Positions 27,841 to 32,000 of a stretch of 32,000 nucleotides of DNA are shown here, piece after piece. Origin of the DNA: Pseudomonadota bacterium (GTDB lineage: Bacteria > Pseudomonadota > Gammaproteobacteria > GCA-001735895). The stretch covers positions 7,554 through 39,553 of the forward strand of contig JADFMY010000008.1 in NCBI GenBank assembly GCA_022563685.1, given 5' to 3'. The translations under genes were made by a program, and so were the position numbers. The notes under the pieces were generated by a model. The model was not told where the DNA came from, searched no databases, and saw nothing but the letters and a program-made list of their open reading frames with translations. Within the stretch, counting starts at the first letter, position 1; each line of letters starts with the position of its first letter.

Positions 27841-28527
27841 ATGAACTACGCAGCATCACACAGCACTGTCCTTAATTAGCACCAGGCGCTTCGAGGCATC
27901 GCCCTATACCGAAAAATACGCCAACGAAGATATGGTCTACGGTATTTATTGCCGGCGTTTCTACCCACTTTCGATTGGCGCCGACCCGATCGAACAGTAC
28001 TGGAAACTGAGACGTGGGGTGATGCTCTACGATGTGCCCGAAAAGCCGCTGGAAATCAAAGGCCCGGATGCGGTCACGCTGCTGGAGCGTGTGTTCACGC
28101 GCCGGATCGAAACGCTCAAACACTGGTGCGCGCGGTATGCTATTGCCTGCACACCGAAAGGCGGTATTTTGATGGATGGGGTATTGATTCGCCTGGCCGA
28201 CGATCATTTCTGGTATGTGCAGGCCGACGGTGAATTTGAATCCTGGTTATTGGCGCATGCGCACGACCTGGACGTCGGTATTCGTGACCCTAAATCGAGG
28301 GTATTGCAAATCCAGGGTCCCAAATCGCTGGCGGTTCTGCATGCGGCTACCCAGGGTCAGGTGCCCGAAAAATTTGGTTACTTTAAATGCGGGTAAGTTT
28401 GAATTTGGCGGGCAGAAACTGTTGGTCAGCCGCACCGGCTCTGGACCGGAGAAATGGGATTCGAAATCTATAGCGATGGTGCCACTACCGACCATCTCGC
28501 GCTCTGGGACCATCTGATTGAGCAGGG
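27841..28527 (+). pseudogene. GcvT/aminomethyltransferase-family gene (DmdA-like), frameshifted and 3'-truncated
   Basis: Family homology (..LYDV..EIKGPDA..GGILMDGVLIRLADDHFWYVQADG..IQGPKS..KFGYFKCG | KFEFGGQKLLVSRTG | WTGEMGFEIY..LWDHLIEQG) is spread over different frames. There is an extra T at 28394 (creating a TAA) and an extra TC at 28440-28441. The SD-linked ATG at 27841 is in another frame and stops after 12 codons. Homology ends at about 28527, where a REP element begins. Confidence 0.75.
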
Positions 28528-28755
28528 TCGAATTCATTCGATCGATCGCCGGCCTTGGTAGCGTAGGGAATGACGCCCTTCGCGTAATGCGTCGTAGGAC
28601 AGGGTGACCTCCTTGTCTCCAATAATCATTGGTTAATTAATTGGCCGAATGAATTCGGCCCTACAGGCATAATCTACCCACTAATCGTGTAGGGTCATTC
28701 ATTCGACCGATCGCCGGCCTAATCGTGCAGGGTCGAATTCATTCGACCGATCGCC
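28522..28755. repeat. dense REP-like array (at least 4 canonical units plus variants, including a tandem 38/37-bp duplication)
   Basis: The units are GCAGGGTCGAATTCATTCGATCGATCGCCGGCC (28522-28554); GGCCGAATGAATTCGGCCCTAC (28643-28664, inverted); GTAGGGTCATTCATTCGACCGATCGCCGGCC (28689-28719); and GCAGGGTCGAATTCATTCGACCGATCGCC (28727-28755). Two further GTAGG-headed hairpins lie at 28563-28620. Direct repeat units beginning CTAATCGTG start at 28681 and 28719. Confidence 0.7.
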
Positions 28756-28786
28756 TCGATTTGGGGAGGAGCCTAAACGACTATTT

Positions 28787-30106
28787 CTAAACCAGCTCCC
28801 GCAGACACTCGCCAAGAATATCCATCCCCTCGTTGATCAGCGCATCGCTGATATTCAGTGCTGGCAGGAATCGGATCACATTGCCCCGCACACCGCAGGA
28901 GAGTAGCACCAGTCCCTTTTCGTAAACTTTGCCCAGCATGGCTTTGGTGAGATCTGCATCTGGCTGCTCGGCATCGCCATTTCTGACCAGTTCCATCGCC
29001 ATCATTGCGCCGTGGCTGGTGCGCAGGTGACCGATCACTTTCGGAAACTTCGCCTGCAGGGCTTCGAGTCGAGCGCTAAAGGTCTGGTTCACACGATGCG
29101 CAGAATCTATCAGGTTTTCTTCGTCGATTACGTCGATCATCGCGAGTGCCGCAACACAGCCGAGCGGTGAACCGGCATAGGTACCGCCCAGGCCACCGGG
29201 CAGGGGCGCGTCCATTATTTCGGCCTTACCAACGACGGCCGCGATCGGAAAACCATTCGCCATGCCCTTGGCCACTGTCATCAGGTCGGGTTCGATACCG
29301 GCGTACTCGGTACAGAACAACTTACCGGTACGCGCGAAACCAGTCTGAATTTCATCGGCAATCATGACGATACCGTGCTCATCGCAAAGCGTACGCAAGG
29401 CCTGCATAAAATCGACTGGAGCGGGATAAAATCCACCCTCGCCCTGTACAGGCTCGACCAGGATTGCGGCGACGTCGATGGGCGCTATATCGACCTTGAA
29501 CAGGTTGTCGATTGCCTTGAGCGATTCTTCGATCGAGACGCCGTGATAGTCGATCGGAAAGGGAACGTGGTAGAGTTCAGCCGGGAAGGGACCAAACAGA
29601 TTCTTGTAGGGTGTAATCTTGCCGGTGAGCCCCATCGCCAGCAAGGTTCTGCCGTGGAATCCTCCGTTGAACGCGATCACTCCACGTCGATGAGTGTGCG
29701 CGCGTGCAATTTTTACCGCGTTCTCGACCGCCTCGGCGCCGGTGGTCACGAAAATAGATTTTTTCTTCGAAGCGCCAGGCGCGAGCTGGTTGAGTTTTTC
29801 AGCGAGGCGTACCGACGTGTCGTAGGGTGTCACCATGACGCAGGTGTGGCTAAATTTCTCCAGTTGTTCGGCCACCGCAGCGGTGATTTTTGGATGGCTG
29901 TGACCGGCGCTACAAACCGCGATTCCGGCGCCAAAATCGATATAGCGTTTCCCCTCGACATCCCAGATTTCGGACCCCTGGGCACGGGCGACGAAAACCG
30001 GCGCTATATGACCCTGACCACGCGCGATTGCTTCATTCTTGCGCGCCAGCCAGCCACTGTTAGTCGACCTGGTCGTTTCAGAAACCTTTAACTGTGCTTT
30101 GCTCAT
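28787..30106 (-). CDS. gabT: 4-aminobutyrate--2-oxoglutarate transaminase (class III aminotransferase)
   Basis: Collinear by eye with E. coli GabT across the whole length (..IEPVQGEGGFY..CDEHGI..IADE.Q.G..RTG..PDL.T.AK...GFP..GGLGGTYAG.P). ATG 30106 overlaps the gabD TGA as ATGA. Confidence 0.9.
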   Translation of the reverse strand: MSKAQLKVSETTRSTNSGWLARKNEAIARGQGHIAPVFVARAQGSEIWDVEGKRYIDFGAGIAVCSAGHSHPKITAAVAEQLEKFSHTCVMVTPYDTSVRLAEKLNQLAPGASKKKSIFVTTGAEAVENAVKIARAHTHRRGVIAFNGGFHGRTLLAMGLTGKITPYKNLFGPFPAELYHVPFPIDYHGVSIEESLKAIDNLFKVDIAPIDVAAILVEPVQGEGGFYPAPVDFMQALRTLCDEHGIVMIADEIQTGFARTGKLFCTEYAGIEPDLMTVAKGMANGFPIAAVVGKAEIMDAPLPGGLGGTYAGSPLGCVAALAMIDVIDEENLIDSAHRVNQTFSARLEALQAKFPKVIGHLRTSHGAMMAMELVRNGDAEQPDADLTKAMLGKVYEKGLVLLSCGVRGNVIRFLPALNISDALINEGMDILGECLRELV

Positions 30107-31566
30107 TGGTCGATTCCTCCCATACACATGTATTTAATTTCGAGGTAGTCGTCGAGGCCGTATTTTGAACCTTCGCGCCCCTGGCCAGATTCCTTCACGC
30201 CGCCAAACGGTGCCATTGCATTCGAGATCATACCCTCGTTGATGCCGACGATGCCGTACTCAAGGGCTTCGGCCACGCGCCAGATACGCCCGATATCGCG
30301 TGAGTAAAAATAACAGGCGAGGCCGAATTCGGTATCGTTGGCCATCTGGATCGCTTCTTCCTCGGTCTTGAATTTGAACAGCGGGGCTACCGGGCCGAAA
30401 ATTTCCTCGCGGAATACACGCATATCGGTGGTGACGTTGGTCAGTATCGTAGGCTCAACGAAATTTTTACCCAGATCCGAGCCTTTGCCTCCCACGACTA
30501 AGGTAGCGCCCTTGCTTACCGCGTCGTCGACAAATGAAAGCACATCTTTGGCAGCTTGCTCGGTTATCAGCGGGCCAACGCTCACACCTTCATGCGTGCC
30601 ATCACCCATTTTGAGTTTACCAACCGCTTTTTTGAGTTTTTCGGCGAAGGCATCGTAACAGCCTTCCTGTACCAGGATCCGATTGGCGCATACGCATGTC
30701 TGACCGGCGTTGCGATACTTGCTAATCATCGCGCCCGCTACCGCCGCTTCGAGGTCCGCATCGTCGAAAACGATAAACGGTGCGTTACCACCGAGTTCCA
30801 TCGAAGTCCGTTTGACAGTCTGGGCGCATTCGGCCATAAGCTGTTTGCCCACCGGAGTAGAACCGGTAAAGGTTAATTTTCTGACGGTCGGGTTCGAGGT
30901 CAGTTCGGCGCCTATCGCGGCGGTTTCGCCGGTGATCATGTTGATCACACCAGCCGGTATCCCGGCGCGTTCGGCCAGTTCGACAAAGGCATAAGCCGAT
31001 AACGGCGTCGCGCTGGCCGGTTTACAAACGACGGTACAGCCAGCAGCCAGGGCCGGAGCAATCTTGCGCGTCAGCATCGCGTTAGGAAAATTCCACGGTG
31101 TGATACAGGCAACCACACCAATGGGCTGTTTGATACAGATGATACGTTTGTCATTGGAAGGTTGCGGAATCGTGTCGCCATAAACGCGCTTGCCTTCTTC
31201 AGAAAACCACTCGATGTAACTAGCCCCATAAGCGATTTCTCCACGCGCTTCGGCCAGTGGCTTACCCTGTTCGAGGGTCATGATCATCGCCAGGTCTTCC
31301 TGCGCTTCCATCATCAGGTTGAACCACTTGCGCAGGTAAGCGCAACGTTCCGTGGCAGTTTTCTGTCGCCATGCGGGCAGTGCAGCATCAGCGGCTTCGA
31401 TCGCACGGCGGGTTTCCGCGGTGCCACATTTCGCGACTTCGGCGATAACCTCGCCAGTGGCCGGATTGGTAACCGCCAGTGTTTCTCCCTTGTCGGCATC
31501 TACCCACTGTCCGTTAATGTAGGCCTGGGTCTTGACCAGGGCCTGGTCGGAAATTTGTATGCTCAT
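30103..31566 (-). CDS. gabD: succinate-semialdehyde dehydrogenase (NAD(P)+)
   Basis: 487-aa aldehyde dehydrogenase with the catalytic motifs MELGGNAP and GQTCVCANR. It sits directly upstream of gabT and is translationally coupled to it. Confidence 0.9.
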   Translation of the reverse strand: MSIQISDQALVKTQAYINGQWVDADKGETLAVTNPATGEVIAEVAKCGTAETRRAIEAADAALPAWRQKTATERCAYLRKWFNLMMEAQEDLAMIMTLEQGKPLAEARGEIAYGASYIEWFSEEGKRVYGDTIPQPSNDKRIICIKQPIGVVACITPWNFPNAMLTRKIAPALAAGCTVVCKPASATPLSAYAFVELAERAGIPAGVINMITGETAAIGAELTSNPTVRKLTFTGSTPVGKQLMAECAQTVKRTSMELGGNAPFIVFDDADLEAAVAGAMISKYRNAGQTCVCANRILVQEGCYDAFAEKLKKAVGKLKMGDGTHEGVSVGPLITEQAAKDVLSFVDDAVSKGATLVVGGKGSDLGKNFVEPTILTNVTTDMRVFREEIFGPVAPLFKFKTEEEAIQMANDTEFGLACYFYSRDIGRIWRVAEALEYGIVGINEGMISNAMAPFGGVKESGQGREGSKYGLDDYLEIKYMCMGGIDQ

Positions 31567-31669
31567 AGCTTAATATCCAATATGAAACGGTGACGAGCGC
31601 GCAAGAATAACCCGCCAGGCTGATTTTTTACAGAGGCTCTTTAACCTAAGACCGACTGAATAACAGAGA

Positions 31670-31808
31670 CTAAAGTTCGACCTCAAGCGCCTTACCCTGT
31701 TCAACTGCCATTCGAACCACTGCAGATGCGGCGGCAAGATCCTGTAAGCCTACGCCGGTGCCATCGAATGCGTGATTTCATCGGTTGATTGTGTCCAGGC
31801 GCCCTCTC
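31670..31808 (-). pseudogene. ornithine cyclodeaminase / mu-crystallin family C-terminal relic
   Basis: The - strand reads ..STDEIT, then a 1-nt frame break, then FDGTGVGLQDLAAASAVVRMAVEQGKALEVEL* (stop at 31670-31672). This matches the family C-terminus (DEIT.F.S.G.A.QDLAAA). Only about 45 codons are present, starting 5 nt after the upstream gene's stop. Confidence 0.5.
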
Positions 31809-31812
31809 TATC

Positions 31813-32000
31813 TTAAGTTAGGGCATGCGTGTTCATCCAGGGTAATTTTTTGAGATCCACGTTGCCGCCAGTGAGAATGACGCCCACGCGCTTTCCGGCA
31901 AACAGCTCCCGGTTGTTGATAATCGTAGCCAGGGGCACGCTTGAACTTGGTTCGATGATAATTTTCATGCGTTGCCAGGTGAGATGCATCGCATCGATAA
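31813..32000 (-). CDS. PLP-dependent threonine/serine dehydratase family protein, C-terminal fragment (5' end outside the window)
   Basis: The - strand frame is open from the window edge to TAA (31815-31813). It reads ..IIIEPSSSVPLATIINNRELFAGKRVGVILTGGNVDLKKL.., which has the fold-type II PLP enzyme tail (EPSGA..L..GK.VGVILSGGNVDL). Confidence 0.65.
   Translation of the reverse strand, partial: IDAMHLTWQRMKIIIEPSSSVPLATIINNRELFAGKRVGVILTGGNVDLKKLPWMNTHALT

Noticed and set aside
28681-28755. The tandem direct repeats could be read as a mini CRISPR array.
   Set aside because: There are only two units, directly abutting with no spacers. The units are themselves GTAGG-headed palindromic REP elements that also occur singly elsewhere, and there are no cas genes in the window.
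29375-30091. The 238-aa ORF antisense to gabT. Similar long antisense ORFs occur at 13118-13594, 18285-18872, 9860-10426, 2211-2636, 21157-21678, 31162-31593 and 35-268.
   Set aside because: Each lies entirely inside a gene with strong family homology on the opposite strand. Each has Arg/Ser/Pro-rich low-complexity translations and no recognisable motifs or RBS. They are shadow ORFs.
1-32000. A genomic island, prophage or defence island.
   Set aside because: There is no integrase, transposase, phage structural gene, toxin-antitoxin pair, restriction-modification gene or known defence-domain gene. There is no flanking tRNA or direct-repeat att-like pair. The content is core-type metabolism.

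Overview
This is a chromosomal window dominated by metabolic genes. The proteins look gammaproteobacterial: read by eye, the translations resemble E. coli/Pseudomonas AllA, PrpBCD, GltA, AcnB, PhnWX, DcyD, PolB and GabDT. No searches or computations were run, so every homology statement comes from reading the translations. Left to right the window holds: the tail of allA, a PRTase and a DUF1989 gene; a GntR-prpB-prpC-prpD methylcitrate operon (-) divergent from gltA (+), followed by a heavily decayed acnB relic; a lipoprotein/outer-membrane-protein pair; a split 2-aminoethylphosphonate locus (phnX, LysR regulator, phnW), then an 819-aa dimethylglycine-dehydrogenase-like flavoprotein and a convergent DcyD/ACC-deaminase-family gene; and polB. 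After polB comes a neighbourhood of a cytochrome P460-family protein, a GFA protein, a DgcA/StcD-like Fe-S flavoprotein, a peroxiredoxin-like protein, a non-pyrrolysine MttB-family methyltransferase, a B12-binding radical SAM protein (DUF4080 type), an AhpD-like protein, one orphan ORF and a frameshifted, truncated GcvT-family pseudogene. The window ends with gabD-gabT, an ornithine-cyclodeaminase C-terminal relic and the tail of a threonine-dehydratase-like gene. I saw no rRNA, tRNA, CRISPR array, integrase, transposase or recognisable defence gene. The strongest non-genic signal is a family of GTAGG-headed REP-like hairpins (core GGTCGAA-TGAA-TTCGACC) at five or more loci. It includes a dense array at 28.52-28.76 kb that replaces the 3' end of the GcvT-like gene. 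I did not find a convincing self-contained novel system. The best follow-up candidates are the MttB/flavoprotein/GFA neighbourhood, which has no corrinoid partner but sits next to the B12-radical-SAM gene, and the DMGDH-like gene attached to the phosphonate locus.
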